Origin: an uncultured Candidatus Actinomarinales bacterium
GTDB lineage: Bacteria; Actinomycetota; Acidimicrobiia; Actinomarinales; Actinomarinaceae
NCBI GenBank assembly: GCA_963979435.1
Contig: CAXBVE010000001.1
Span: 65,420 to 129,419, forward strand
Length of the DNA stretch: 64,000 nt
Direction: 5' to 3'
Part shown: positions 1 to 10,336 of the stretch, one piece after another
Layout of the letters: every line of letters begins with the position of its first letter
Numbering within the stretch: the first letter of the stretch is position 1
The notes under the pieces: generated by a model
What the model was told of the DNA's origin: nothing
The model's input: only the letters and a program-made list of their open reading frames with translations
The model's database searches: none
Program-made: the position numbers and the translations under genes

Positions 1-1
1 A

Positions 2-1546
2 GCTTTGTCATACAGAGAAAGAGTAGAGGTTTTAGAAGCAGCAAGAGGATCTATTTACGACAGAAACCTTAATGTCATTTCTAGTAGTGTCCAGTCTTAT
101 GATATAGGTATCCGGCCAAATGAGGTCTCAGAGAAAGAAGAACTATCTGAAGTACTTTCATTATTTTTAGACATAGAAGAAAATAAAATTTTAAGTGAAC
201 TTGAATCTAGAAATTCATATTTTTATATTAAAAGAAATGTTGATTTTGAAATAGGAAAAGAAATTAAAAGTTGGAACTATAAAGGGCTTTATCCAGAGTT
301 ATCGTCTAAAAGAATATTACACTCGAAATCGCTACAGAATATTGTTGGAAGAGTAGACCCAGACAATAACGGAATCGAGGGCCTCGAACTATATTACGAC
401 ACTTTACTTACTGGTAGAAATGGAGAGTTAAGATATGAGGCTGCCCCTAATGGATCGATTATTCCTCAAGGAGAAATAAGTACAATACAACCTGTCCATG
501 GTGATGACATAATACTTTCTATAGATGGCGATCTACAGTATTTAAGTGAGAATCTTTGCGCCCAAGCATTATCCGAAACAAAAGCATACAATTGTTCAGT
601 TGTATTTGCTAATGCTCTAAGTGGGGAGATAATTATCTCTGCAGAAAAGAAATCTCCTGAAACTGAAAAATTTAATATAAATCTCATTAGCGGAAGGGCT
701 AATTATGAACCTGGATCAGCATTAAAAATCTTCACAATAGGCTCAGCAATAGAAAATAACCTAATTCAAGCAGCAACAACATTTGAAGTTGATGATCAAA
801 TTGAAATTATCAATGGTTCATGTGCTATAAATTACAAAGGAAAGGATAAAGGTTGCTTTCATGACTTTCTTAAGCACGAGAAATATATTTTATCTGTAAA
901 GGAAATAATTGAGAGATCATCAAACGTTGGAACAATTCTTGCAACCCAAAGTTCAGATATAAAAGATATTGAGGAATTTTTAAAAAGGTTTGGCTTTTCT
1001 GAAAAAACCGGAATTGAATTATCTGGTGAAACTAGGGGAGGCTTTACGGAATATAATACTTGTAAAACATGTCTAGGCTCACTTTCAATAGGATACTCAA
1101 TTGATGTTTCTCAATATCAAATGGTAAAAGCTTATAGCATTATTGCTAATGGTGGAAAAAATGTAGACTTAACTTTGACTAGAGGAATAAGTAATAATAA
1201 AAGTTCAACTGAGATTATTTCAGAATCAACAGCAATGCAGCTCAAAGAATTATTAATTAACGTAGTCGAAGGAAAAAATGGTACCGGTAAGTCCCTAAGA
1301 ATGGATAATTATACAATCGGCGGTAAGACCGGTACAAGTAGGACACACATCGAAGGGATTGGTTATTCAAATTCTAGATTCAATACATCTTTTACTGGAT
1401 TTATCGAAACTGATGAAGGACCTGTAGTTGGATCTGTTTTACTATGGGGTGCTGCAATTTCTCCACGTTCTGAATATGTTACAGGAGGTTCTACAGCTGC
1501 TCCGATTTTTAAAACTATCGTGAGTTATCTAGTTCCAGGTGAATGA
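2..1546 (+). CDS. ftsI: Penicillin-binding protein transpeptidase (FtsI/PBP3-like), 5' end outside the window
   Basis: The ORF runs in from the window edge. Transpeptidase motifs are present: SxxK (GSALKIF), SxN (RSSNVG), KTG (GGKTGTS). It sits at the head of the dcw cluster, immediately before murE. Confidence 0.85.
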   Translation, partial: ALSYRERVEVLEAARGSIYDRNLNVISSSVQSYDIGIRPNEVSEKEELSEVLSLFLDIEENKILSELESRNSYFYIKRNVDFEIGKEIKSWNYKGLYPELSSKRILHSKSLQNIVGRVDPDNNGIEGLELYYDTLLTGRNGELRYEAAPNGSIIPQGEISTIQPVHGDDIILSIDGDLQYLSENLCAQALSETKAYNCSVVFANALSGEIIISAEKKSPETEKFNINLISGRANYEPGSALKIFTIGSAIENNLIQAATTFEVDDQIEIINGSCAINYKGKDKGCFHDFLKHEKYILSVKEIIERSSNVGTILATQSSDIKDIEEFLKRFGFSEKTGIELSGETRGGFTEYNTCKTCLGSLSIGYSIDVSQYQMVKAYSIIANGGKNVDLTLTRGISNNKSSTEIISESTAMQLKELLINVVEGKNGTGKSLRMDNYTIGGKTGTSRTHIEGIGYSNSRFNTSFTGFIETDEGPVVGSVLLWGAAISPRSEYVTGGSTAAPIFKTIVSYLVPGE

Positions 1547-2958
1547 TGGATATTTCTAAAGAAATTCAAATTTTCAATGATTTGGATATAAATCTTGATA
1601 ATTTAGTAAACAGTACTCTTGATGTGTTTGAAGACTGTATTTTAATTATTAATTTAAACAATAAAAAAAAATTAGATAAATATGTGACTGAAGCTATTAA
1701 TAAAAAAGCTAAATTAATTATTACTTCTATAAATTGCAATGTTGAATCTGAAAGGGTTGTTAAATTCGAAAATTATGAAGATGTGTTTAATCATGTCATA
1801 AAAAAAATGTACCCAGAATATGTGGATAAAAACTTTTTTGGACTTACTGGCACTAATGGTAAAACTACCACTGGGTATTTTCTCAACCAGCTACTAGGCG
1901 AGGACTCTCTCTTTATAGGAACAACAGAGGACTATTTATTCAAGGACATAACGAGAGAAGAACACCTTACAACACCAAAGCTTTTTAATATATTTAAATT
2001 ATTGAGAAAAAAAGAATATACGCATATTAATAACATAGTTTTAGAAGTCTCGTCACACGCATTAGACCAAAATCGACTTAAAGGAATGGAATTCCTAGTT
2101 TCAGGATTTACAAACCTATCACAGGATCACTTTGATTACCACGACAATATTGACACTTACTTTGATGCTAAGAAAAAGCTATTTAATAAAAATCTTTCTA
2201 AACAATATGTATTCATAGACGAAGATTGGGGTACAAGACTGAACAAAGAGGTTAATGGAGAATCATGGAGTATTGGTTTTAAAAAAGAAAATGATATGTT
2301 TATTAAGGAAATAAAAAGTTCTGAAACCAATACTCTTGTCAGCTTTAAGATTGATAATCACGATTACAGGGTAATACTTCCCTTTATAGGTCCTAATTGT
2401 GAAATGAATTATTTATTAGCGGTTGGCATGGCACATTTTTCAGGTACATTATCATTAGATAGAATTTTACTAGAAACCGTTAATATTAAAAATCCAAAAG
2501 GTAGATTCGAAAAATTTTCTTATTTAGATAATGATGTCTATGTTGATTACGCACATACACCTGAAGCAATAGATAAAGCAATTGAAGTAGTTCAAGAAAA
2601 ATATGAAAAAATTATTATTGTCTTTGGAGCGGGAGGAAACAGGGATTCATACAAAAGAGTAAATATGGGAAAAGCCGCTAACAAAGCAGATCATATAATC
2701 ATTACAAATGACAATCCAAGAAAAGAAGATCCAATGTTAATCGCAAAAGAAATTCTTGAAGGAGTAGATTTAAATAAAAAAGTAGAGATTGTTCTAGATA
2801 GAAAGGCAGCTTTAAAGAAAGGTCTGGATTCACTTCGGGGTAAATCTGTTCTATTAGTATTAGGTAAAGGACATGAAAGTAAACAAGAACTTAAAGACAG
2901 GTTTGTAGATTTCGATGATTCTGTAATGATAAGTAATTTAATTGAAGATATGAAATGA
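1543..2958 (+). CDS. murE: UDP-N-acetylmuramoyl-L-alanyl-D-glutamate--2,6-diaminopimelate ligase
   Basis: Mur ligase P-loop GLTGTNGKTTT. The C-terminal DNPR motif (IITNDNPRKEDP) is typical of meso-DAP-adding MurE. It overlaps the ftsI stop by 4 nt. Confidence 0.8.
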   Translation: MMDISKEIQIFNDLDINLDNLVNSTLDVFEDCILIINLNNKKKLDKYVTEAINKKAKLIITSINCNVESERVVKFENYEDVFNHVIKKMYPEYVDKNFFGLTGTNGKTTTGYFLNQLLGEDSLFIGTTEDYLFKDITREEHLTTPKLFNIFKLLRKKEYTHINNIVLEVSSHALDQNRLKGMEFLVSGFTNLSQDHFDYHDNIDTYFDAKKKLFNKNLSKQYVFIDEDWGTRLNKEVNGESWSIGFKKENDMFIKEIKSSETNTLVSFKIDNHDYRVILPFIGPNCEMNYLLAVGMAHFSGTLSLDRILLETVNIKNPKGRFEKFSYLDNDVYVDYAHTPEAIDKAIEVVQEKYEKIIIVFGAGGNRDSYKRVNMGKAANKADHIIITNDNPRKEDPMLIAKEILEGVDLNKKVEIVLDRKAALKKGLDSLRGKSVLLVLGKGHESKQELKDRFVDFDDSVMISNLIEDMK

Positions 2959-4013
2959 TAGCAACAATAGTTTCTGGAGGATTGAGTTTCTTGTTTGTTA
3001 TATTATTTACAGCAATAGGTACTAATTTATTTAAATCAAAAAATATAGGACAGTCAATTCAAGAAGAGTTAAATTTCCATGATCACAAAAAAGGGACACC
3101 GACCATGGGAGGAGTTTTTATTGCTGCTGGTACTTTTTTTGGTTTTTTAATTGCACATATTAATTTTTGGACAATTGGTCAAGGATTTAAAGTGGAGATT
3201 GATTACATAGTCCCGGAAGTACTTTCTCTATTACTGTTTGGAACTTTAATGGCATCAGTAGGATTTATAGACGATTTCCTAAAAGTTCAACAAGGTAGAA
3301 ATTTAGGCCTAAATGCTAAAAACAAAATAATTTTACAGATTATTGTTGCATCAATAATTAGTTATTATTTTTACACTTGGGATTTAAGCACCACTCTATA
3401 CCTTTTTAGTGGTTTTGGAGTTGATATAGGTATTGCTAAGTGGTTTATAATTGTACTTTTTATTGTTGGCTTCACAAATGCCGTTAACTTAACTGATGGT
3501 TTAGATGGATTAGTTGCAGGTACTTCAACTGTTTCATTTGGCGGAGTTCTAGTTATGACCTTCTGGATATTTAGACATCAGAATTACTATACCAATTTTA
3601 TGAACGATGCTTTTCTTTCATTAGACTTGTCAATTTTAGTCTCATCAATAGCAGGGTCATGTCTCGGTTTCTTATGGTGGAATACAAATCCTGCAAAAAT
3701 AATAATGGGAGATGTTGGATCACATTTTATTGGGGCCATGTTTCCAATTATCTTTTTCGCAATCGGCGCAGATGCACTCATATTTTTTATTTGTATGTTG
3801 TATGTAGTAGAGGCTTTGTCAGTAATTATTCAAGTAGCATCATTTAAGATTCGCGGAAAAAGGGTTTTCAAGATGGCTCCATTACATCACCACTTTGAGA
3901 TGAACAATTGGGCTGAAACAACAATAATAGTTAGATTTTGGATAGTAAATGGAATCTTTGTTGTTATAGCGCTCGGTCTCTTTTATGGTGACTGGGTTTT
4001 ATTTGGTAACTAA
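2955..4013 (+). CDS. mraY: Phospho-N-acetylmuramoyl-pentapeptide transferase
   Basis: Polytopic membrane protein with the MraY signature NAVNLTDGLDGL and a C-terminal HHHFE motif. It holds the dcw position. Confidence 0.9.
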   Translation: MIATIVSGGLSFLFVILFTAIGTNLFKSKNIGQSIQEELNFHDHKKGTPTMGGVFIAAGTFFGFLIAHINFWTIGQGFKVEIDYIVPEVLSLLLFGTLMASVGFIDDFLKVQQGRNLGLNAKNKIILQIIVASIISYYFYTWDLSTTLYLFSGFGVDIGIAKWFIIVLFIVGFTNAVNLTDGLDGLVAGTSTVSFGGVLVMTFWIFRHQNYYTNFMNDAFLSLDLSILVSSIAGSCLGFLWWNTNPAKIIMGDVGSHFIGAMFPIIFFAIGADALIFFICMLYVVEALSVIIQVASFKIRGKRVFKMAPLHHHFEMNNWAETTIIVRFWIVNGIFVVIALGLFYGDWVLFGN

Positions 4014-5225
4014 TTGAAATATTTAATTCTTGGTTATGGTGTAACTGGAAAATCAGTAGAAAATTATTTAAACAAAATAGGTGCCAACTATGTCATACAC
4101 GATGATGATGAGAATGAGCTCAAGAAAGTAGAAAACTCGAAAATCTTCAATAAAAAATATTTAAATTCTATTGACGAGGTAATAATCTCACCCGGGTTAA
4201 GGCCAGATCATCATCTTGTACAACAATTTCTGGATATAAAAGTTCCAATTAAGACAGATATTGACATTTTTGCTATGAACTATACCGGTAAGGTTATTGG
4301 TGTTACAGGAACAAATGGTAAAACAACTTTTGTAAGTGAACTTGTAAAATTTTTAAATATTAATGGTATTTCTTCTTTTCCTGCTGGCAACATAGGAGTG
4401 TCTCCTCTAGAAATCTTAGAAAATAAATATGATTATTTGGTTCTAGAGCTTTCTAGTTACCAGCTACATTACACAAATATTTTAAATCTTGATTTAGCAG
4501 TCATTCTTAATATTTTCCCAGATCATATTGATTGGCATCAAAATATTGAGGACTATGCAAATTCAAAAGTAAAAATATTAAGTTTTTTGAATAATAAAAA
4601 GATGGATAGAAAAATAATTGGATCAAATTATGGAATAATCGAACAAAATCTTTCTGATGATGCCAATTTAAATAATCATAATTTAAAAATTCACAAGGAG
4701 CTACTTTCAGCCCTCTCCGAAACAGTAAAGAAAATTGGTGGAAGGGTTTTGTATGAAAGTTTTATTGATTATATAAAATATAACGAAATGCACTACGAAC
4801 ATAGAATGGAGCAGTTCTTGAGGGTTAGAGGTAAAAATCTTACATTTATTAATGATTCTAAAGCAACAAATTATCACGCAGTATCAGAAGGAACTAAGCT
4901 ATTTTCTGCCTGTGATGAGGAAGGCATCTTAATACTTCATGGCATCACAAAGGAAACGGTACAGAATAAGTTAAATATTGACCCAACTTTTAAACATATA
5001 GTAATTCCAAAGGATATGAATGTTAATCTCGGTAGTCATAATGCTGATATCATTTATATAGATGATATTTACCAATTAAAAAAATTATTACCATCAATGA
5101 TAAGTAGTAATCAGATAATTTTATTTTCCTGTGGAGGGTCGAGTTTTAATGACTTCGAAAATTATAAAATAAGAGGAGATTATTTTAAAAATCTAATATT
5201 AAGCATGGGGCTTCCAAATGATTAA
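4014..5225 (+). CDS. murD: UDP-N-acetylmuramoylalanine--D-glutamate ligase
   Basis: Mur ligase P-loop GVTGTNGKTT. Apparent TTG start directly after the mraY stop. Order mraY-murD-ftsW. Confidence 0.8.
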   Translation: MKYLILGYGVTGKSVENYLNKIGANYVIHDDDENELKKVENSKIFNKKYLNSIDEVIISPGLRPDHHLVQQFLDIKVPIKTDIDIFAMNYTGKVIGVTGTNGKTTFVSELVKFLNINGISSFPAGNIGVSPLEILENKYDYLVLELSSYQLHYTNILNLDLAVILNIFPDHIDWHQNIEDYANSKVKILSFLNNKKMDRKIIGSNYGIIEQNLSDDANLNNHNLKIHKELLSALSETVKKIGGRVLYESFIDYIKYNEMHYEHRMEQFLRVRGKNLTFINDSKATNYHAVSEGTKLFSACDEEGILILHGITKETVQNKLNIDPTFKHIVIPKDMNVNLGSHNADIIYIDDIYQLKKLLPSMISSNQIILFSCGGSSFNDFENYKIRGDYFKNLILSMGLPND

Positions 5226-6321
5226 CATTAGTAATACTTTTTTTAAGAAAATGAATTTATACGCAATTTGGTTTCTAGTTACATTCGGTCTACTTTTACA
5301 AATATCAGCTTCTTCAGTACAAGGCCTCAATCAATACAACGATAATTTTTATTTTATTAAGCGTCACGTAGCCTCTTTGGTAATCGGAATAATTATTTTC
5401 AACTTAGTGAAAAGCGTCTCATATAAATTCATTTTAAAATTTTCTAACACTTTTATAGTTCTTATAACACTTTCACTTTTTTTAGTACTTGCTTATGGTG
5501 TAGTAGTAGGTGGAAGTAGGAGATGGATTGACTTAGGGCCCGTATATTTTCAGCCAAGTGAGTTTGCAAAACCAATAATTATCTTATGGGTTGCTCATAA
5601 ATTATCTGAATTAAAAAATGAACACTCTCACAGGTACTATTTACAGCGCGCAATACTGCTACCTATTGTCTGCTGTTTCTTAATTTATTTAGAACCTGAT
5701 TATGGAACAACATTAACAATATTAGGCATCTTTTTTGTTCAGATCGTATTTTCAGATATCAAAGCAAGATATCCAGTAGCAATATTATCGCTATCAGTTT
5801 TCCCCCTTTATTTATTCGCAAATGCTTCAGATTACAGACGTCAGAGAATTGAAACTTTTGTAACTGGTAAATGTCAGGAAGGTGTTGATTTACTTGGAGA
5901 TTGTTTTCAGCTAAATCAAAGTTGGATTGCAATTAGTTCTGGAGGACTGACTGGACTTGGACCAGGTACATCTAGAGCTAGGTGGGGGATGCTGCCAAAC
6001 GCATATACTGATTTTATTGTTTCTATTACTGGGGAAGAATATGGATTTATTGGTATATTAATACTTACAATAATTTTTTTAATTTTAATAATATCTTTCT
6101 ATGGCATGGCTGTAACAACAGACAATAGTTTTAAAAAACTTATACTAGTTGGACTTGGAACCTGGGTTGGTTTACAAACCATTATCAATCTCGGAGGTGC
6201 TGTTGGGCTTCTTCCAATTACAGGGATAGTACTCCCTTTCATTTCGTATGGAGGAACTGCAATGGTTTCAATTTTTATTGGACTATCTTTGGCCCACAAT
6301 GAAACGTTATACAATGAATAA
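5218..6321 (+). CDS. ftsW: Cell division peptidoglycan glycosyltransferase FtsW (SEDS family)
   Basis: Polytopic FtsW/RodA family protein (GPVYFQPSEFAKP, PFISYGGTA) lying between murD and murG. Confidence 0.85.
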   Translation: MINISNTFFKKMNLYAIWFLVTFGLLLQISASSVQGLNQYNDNFYFIKRHVASLVIGIIIFNLVKSVSYKFILKFSNTFIVLITLSLFLVLAYGVVVGGSRRWIDLGPVYFQPSEFAKPIIILWVAHKLSELKNEHSHRYYLQRAILLPIVCCFLIYLEPDYGTTLTILGIFFVQIVFSDIKARYPVAILSLSVFPLYLFANASDYRRQRIETFVTGKCQEGVDLLGDCFQLNQSWIAISSGGLTGLGPGTSRARWGMLPNAYTDFIVSITGEEYGFIGILILTIIFLILIISFYGMAVTTDNSFKKLILVGLGTWVGLQTIINLGGAVGLLPITGIVLPFISYGGTAMVSIFIGLSLAHNETLYNE

Positions 6322-7348
6322 AAGATATTGTTTTTTCTGTGTAGGTACAGGCGGTCATATTTTTCCGGCTAAAAATCTAATAAAAAGATTATTGGAATCT
6401 GGTGTACCTGAGGAAAATATCATCATTGTTTCAGATAAAAGAGGGGTTAAGTATTTCGAAGATATGACTGTCGAGATTATTCAAAAAGAATTTTTTATTT
6501 CTACAAGAGGAATATTTGGATACTTAGTTAATATTGGTCAGTTTATTGGGACAGTATGGGAAGTTTACAAGGAACTTAAAACTAAAAAAATAAATACGAT
6601 AGTAACTACTGGTGCATATATTGCTCCATATGCAGCGCTAATAAGTTTAATACTTCGTTCAGAGTTTTATGTTCAAGAGCAAAATCAATATGCTGGGCTT
6701 GGCAATAGGGTAGCATCCTATTTTCCAAGTACTGTTTTTGAATCATTCCCTGAAACAAAAAATCTAAATAGAAAAAATACTATTTTTACTGGACCTATTT
6801 TAAATATAGATACCAAAAAAGTGATTGAAAAAAATACAAACAGAAACTTTACAATTGGGATACAGGGGGGGAGTCAAGGTTCAGAAGAAATAAACCAATT
6901 TATTTATAAATTTATTGAAGAATTTGATAACTATGATGTAGAGTTTCTTCATATTACTGGACCAAAGAAAGCTAATACTATTAAGTTTGATAAGTCTTTT
7001 TATCATCAAGTTGAGTTTTTCTATGACATGAATGATTACTATCAATCTGTTGATTTCCAAATTTCCAGAGCTGGTGGTGGAATATTAGAAGCTGCGTATC
7101 TAAATATTCCTCAGTTGTTAATACCATTCAAACATGGAACCACTGCAAGCCATCAGACTCTTAATGCTAACTATCTTGAAAAAAATGGAAATGCTAAAGT
7201 AGTACTTGAATACAAGGAATTTTCTGAATTAATACACAATATTTGTAAATATAAATTTTCCTACTTGGATGAAAACTTTTCATCGCATCAAATCAAGGTT
7301 GGAAATGATGATATATTTAGAATTATCAGTGAAAGTAATTATGAATAG
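6314..7348 (+). CDS. murG: UDP-N-acetylglucosamine--N-acetylmuramyl-(pentapeptide) pyrophosphoryl-undecaprenol GlcNAc transferase
   Basis: N-terminus CFFCVGTGGHIFPA matches the MurG G-loop. The track ORF begins at 6248 inside ftsW. I prefer ATG 6314 (alternative 6299), giving the usual short overlap with ftsW. Confidence 0.8.
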   Translation: MNKRYCFFCVGTGGHIFPAKNLIKRLLESGVPEENIIIVSDKRGVKYFEDMTVEIIQKEFFISTRGIFGYLVNIGQFIGTVWEVYKELKTKKINTIVTTGAYIAPYAALISLILRSEFYVQEQNQYAGLGNRVASYFPSTVFESFPETKNLNRKNTIFTGPILNIDTKKVIEKNTNRNFTIGIQGGSQGSEEINQFIYKFIEEFDNYDVEFLHITGPKKANTIKFDKSFYHQVEFFYDMNDYYQSVDFQISRAGGGILEAAYLNIPQLLIPFKHGTTASHQTLNANYLEKNGNAKVVLEYKEFSELIHNICKYKFSYLDENFSSHQIKVGNDDIFRIISESNYE

Positions 7349-8654
7349 TTATAAAAATGTATACATTTTGGGTATTGGTGGTACTGGCATGAGTTCAATA
7401 GCAAAATACATGTCCCAAGCAGGATTTAATGTAGGAGGGTATGATCAAAGGAAATCTTATATAACAAATACTCTTGAACAAGAAAGTATTAACATCGACT
7501 TTGACCTTGAGGATATAATGTATGACAAAAATACTTTATATATTTACTCAACAGCGTTTAATTTAACTAAAACTAACTTATCATCAAATACTGAAAGTAA
7601 AAACGTACTTTCTCGGCCGGAGTTTCTTCAGGAACTAACCAGAAACAATTATGTTATCGGAGTAACTGGAACCCATGGAAAGACTTCTACAACAGCCTTA
7701 CTTGCACATATATTTCATTACAATAAACGCAATGTTTCGTATATTTTTGGGGGAGTCACTTCTTTTAATGGAATCGGGGGACACTATGGAGCTGATAATA
7801 AAGTATTAATTTTAGAAGCAGATGAAGCATTCGATACTTTTAATAGTCTACATATTGATGATTTATTAGTGACCAACATAGATGAGGATCACCTAGATTA
7901 TTATTTAAATTTTGAAAATTTAATCAATGCGTTTAAAAATGTTATTGAAAATACAAGTAACAATGTAGTCTTAAATTTAGATAATTTAGAATTAAAGAAA
8001 TTAAAACTATCTAAAAAGATTTATAGTTATTCATCTTCAGATGAATCTGAAATTACAATTAAAAATTCTGGGATTATTTCACATGAGGGTACGAACTTCC
8101 TAATTGAAACAAGTATGATTGGAGATCATTTTAAATCAAATATTGCTGGAGCCATTTGTATTGCTTATTTAAATGGAATCTCCATTGAAGATTCACTTCT
8201 AGCTATTAAACACTTTTCTGGTGTAAGAAGAAGAGCAGAGTTTCTTGGATCTACTTCTGGCATAAGCATTTATGATGATTATGGTCACCATCCTACTGAG
8301 ATTGATGCCACAATTACTGCACTAAAAAGCTACGTTAAAGGTAAGTTATATGTTGTATTTCAACCTCACCGATACACAAGAACACAAGAACATATAGATA
8401 AATTCAAAATATCATTATTAAAAGCGGACGAGGCAATTGTTGTTGACATTTACCCATCTGGTGAGTTACCCATCCCAGGAGTTTCGAGTAAAAATCTTGA
8501 GGATGAGAATATTAAATACATCAAGTCTATGCGGGCTGTACCAAGTTATTTAAAAGGTAAGGTTAATAGTGGTGATGCAGTCCTCACAATAGGTGCTGGT
8601 GATATTACACTATTGGGACCACAGATACTAAAGTATTTAGATGAAAAAAACTAG
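7341..8654 (+). CDS. murC: UDP-N-acetylmuramate--L-alanine ligase
   Basis: MNSYKNVYILGIGGTGMSSIA N-terminus and Mur ligase P-loop GVTGTHGKTSTT. Start taken at ATG 7341, which overlaps the murG stop by 8 nt. Confidence 0.85.
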   Translation: MNSYKNVYILGIGGTGMSSIAKYMSQAGFNVGGYDQRKSYITNTLEQESINIDFDLEDIMYDKNTLYIYSTAFNLTKTNLSSNTESKNVLSRPEFLQELTRNNYVIGVTGTHGKTSTTALLAHIFHYNKRNVSYIFGGVTSFNGIGGHYGADNKVLILEADEAFDTFNSLHIDDLLVTNIDEDHLDYYLNFENLINAFKNVIENTSNNVVLNLDNLELKKLKLSKKIYSYSSSDESEITIKNSGIISHEGTNFLIETSMIGDHFKSNIAGAICIAYLNGISIEDSLLAIKHFSGVRRRAEFLGSTSGISIYDDYGHHPTEIDATITALKSYVKGKLYVVFQPHRYTRTQEHIDKFKISLLKADEAIVVDIYPSGELPIPGVSSKNLEDENIKYIKSMRAVPSYLKGKVNSGDAVLTIGAGDITLLGPQILKYLDEKN

Positions 8655-9501
8655 CGTAAAACTTTCAGAAGTTACAACCTATAAATTCGGTGGTTATTGT
8701 CATAATTTTTTTGAAATCAATTCATTAAAACAGTTAGAGAATATCGGGTTTGATACCCGAGATAAAGACTTATTAATACTTGGAAAGGGTTCAAATATAG
8801 TCTTTTCAGATGCAGGTTATGAAGGCACTATTATTAAACCAGATTTTAATTTCATTGAATTAAATATAGAAAAGAATATTTTGAGTCTGGGTGCTTCTGC
8901 TTATCTTCCTGATATCGCACGCTTTTCAAAAGATAACTCAATTAGTAGCCTTGAGTGGCTGATCGGCATTCCAGGATCAGTTGGCGGTGCAGTTCATATG
9001 AATGCTGGGGCATATGGATATGAGTTTTCTGATCATATTAAATCAGTAACTTTTTACAATTTTGAAACGAATAAAATTGAATCAGAAAGTAAAGATTTTT
9101 TTGAGTTTTCATATAGAACTGCAAAAAATCTAAATAGTAAAATGGTCGTTTCTGTTGATTTCATAGTAGAAAAAGGTGATCCTACTGTAATCCAAAGTCA
9201 AATAAGTGAATATCTTAATCGTAGAAAAAAAACACAACCTCCAGCAATATACAATGCTGGTAGTGTTTTCAAGAATCCTAAGAATGGATCAGCTGGTTAC
9301 CTCATCGAAAAAGCTGGTCTTAAAGGTTTCTCAATAGGGGGGGTAGAAGTGAGTCAAAAACATGCTAATTTCTTTGTGGCTCAGAAAGATTCAAAAGCTC
9401 AGTCTTTGTATGAATTAGTAAAATATGTAAAAGGAATAGTTCATCAAAAATTTGATATTTCCCTAACGGAAGAGATAATATTTGCAGGTAAGTTCAATTA
9501 A
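8641..9501 (+). CDS. murB: UDP-N-acetylenolpyruvoylglucosamine reductase
   Basis: Length and composition fit the short MurB type (FAD-binding N-terminus, C-terminal GSVFKNP ... GGV motifs). It lies between murC and ftsQ. Confidence 0.7.
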   Translation: MKKTSVKLSEVTTYKFGGYCHNFFEINSLKQLENIGFDTRDKDLLILGKGSNIVFSDAGYEGTIIKPDFNFIELNIEKNILSLGASAYLPDIARFSKDNSISSLEWLIGIPGSVGGAVHMNAGAYGYEFSDHIKSVTFYNFETNKIESESKDFFEFSYRTAKNLNSKMVVSVDFIVEKGDPTVIQSQISEYLNRRKKTQPPAIYNAGSVFKNPKNGSAGYLIEKAGLKGFSIGGVEVSQKHANFFVAQKDSKAQSLYELVKYVKGIVHQKFDISLTEEIIFAGKFN

Positions 9502-9503
9502 AT

Positions 9504-10196
9504 ATGAACGAATTTAACCTAAATCAAATCCGCTTTTTTAAATCGTTCATAATCTTTGCCTTAGTAACATTAGCTATTTCCTTAATAATTATGAATAGCT
9601 CATCTCAAAAATTTCGTGTTTCTGAAATAGAGCATTCAATGGAGAATCAACTTGCTATGGAAAGTTTAAATTTATTATATGGAAAATCTATTTGGTTTAT
9701 TGATGAAAATTCTTTTGACCAGATTTATGAAGACAATCCTGATATTAAAAATTTAAACATAACTAAAAGATTACCAAATAAGCTTATTATTTCGTTTGAT
9801 TTATACCAACAACTGGCAAACATCATAGATTTAAGGGCATCGGTTGAAACTTACACTGTATTATATGAAAATTCATATGTAGTAAGTACACCAACAATTG
9901 TGAACACATTACCAATAGTAAAGATTGAAAATGGCCCAGTAGAAAGTGGTTTTAATGGTGAGTTGATATCCCTGTTTAAGACACTGGACAATTATCAATA
10001 CACCAAACAGTCTTTACAGATCAAATATGATGGTGAAGCATTCAACGCTTATTACGGTAAGACCACCTTTCAACTTGGAGAAGCTGTTGACCTCGGAAAG
10101 AAGGCTTCAATACTTGGAACCTACCTCTCTGATAATAGTTGTGATGGTACAGTAAGATTTTTAACATCAGTATCAACTATCGAGGATTGTACATAA
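9504..10196 (+). CDS. ftsQ: Cell division protein FtsQ/DivIB (POTRA domain, single N-terminal TM)
   Basis: N-terminal TM helix, about 230 aa, located immediately upstream of ftsZ in the dcw cluster. Sequence similarity is weak, so the call is positional. Confidence 0.55.
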   Translation: MNEFNLNQIRFFKSFIIFALVTLAISLIIMNSSSQKFRVSEIEHSMENQLAMESLNLLYGKSIWFIDENSFDQIYEDNPDIKNLNITKRLPNKLIISFDLYQQLANIIDLRASVETYTVLYENSYVVSTPTIVNTLPIVKIENGPVESGFNGELISLFKTLDNYQYTKQSLQIKYDGEAFNAYYGKTTFQLGEAVDLGKKASILGTYLSDNSCDGTVRFLTSVSTIEDCT

Positions 10197-10336
10197 TCTA
10201 AACCTAAACTATAGGTATAGATAAAATATAAAATATATATTTGTTTAAGACGGTATTAATGATATTCTTTTTTTGAAAAAGGATTTTAATGAAACAAAAT
10301 AAAAAAAATACTAAACAAAAAGGAGTTAATTTAAAC
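10197..10336 (+). promoter_or_regulatory. ftsQ-ftsZ intergenic region, presumed ftsZ promoter(s) and RBS
   Basis: A 140-bp AT-rich spacer, the longest inside the dcw cluster. TATAAAAT-like -10 candidates. AAAGGAG lies 12 nt upstream of ATG 10337. Confidence 0.3.

Noticed and set aside
466-687. 73-aa antisense ORF inside ftsI (similar cases: 3587..3781, 3659..3847, 6099..6314, 11132..11368, 11478..11702, 14079..14270, 14982..15212, 18078..18302, 21122..21433, 29909..30091, 30237..30467, 30957..31148, 31678..31983, 34853..35098, 35112..35303, 35475..35681, 35955..36161, 37647..37868, 39364..39603, 43611..43934, 43840..44073, 44378..44731, 44846..45151, 45493..45720, 47093..47335, 48874..49161, 48921..49109, 50310..50498, 52886..53074, 56765..56965, 59689..59880, 63187..63411)
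   Set aside because: All are embedded in or antisense to well-supported longer genes and have no motifs, as expected for chance ORFs.
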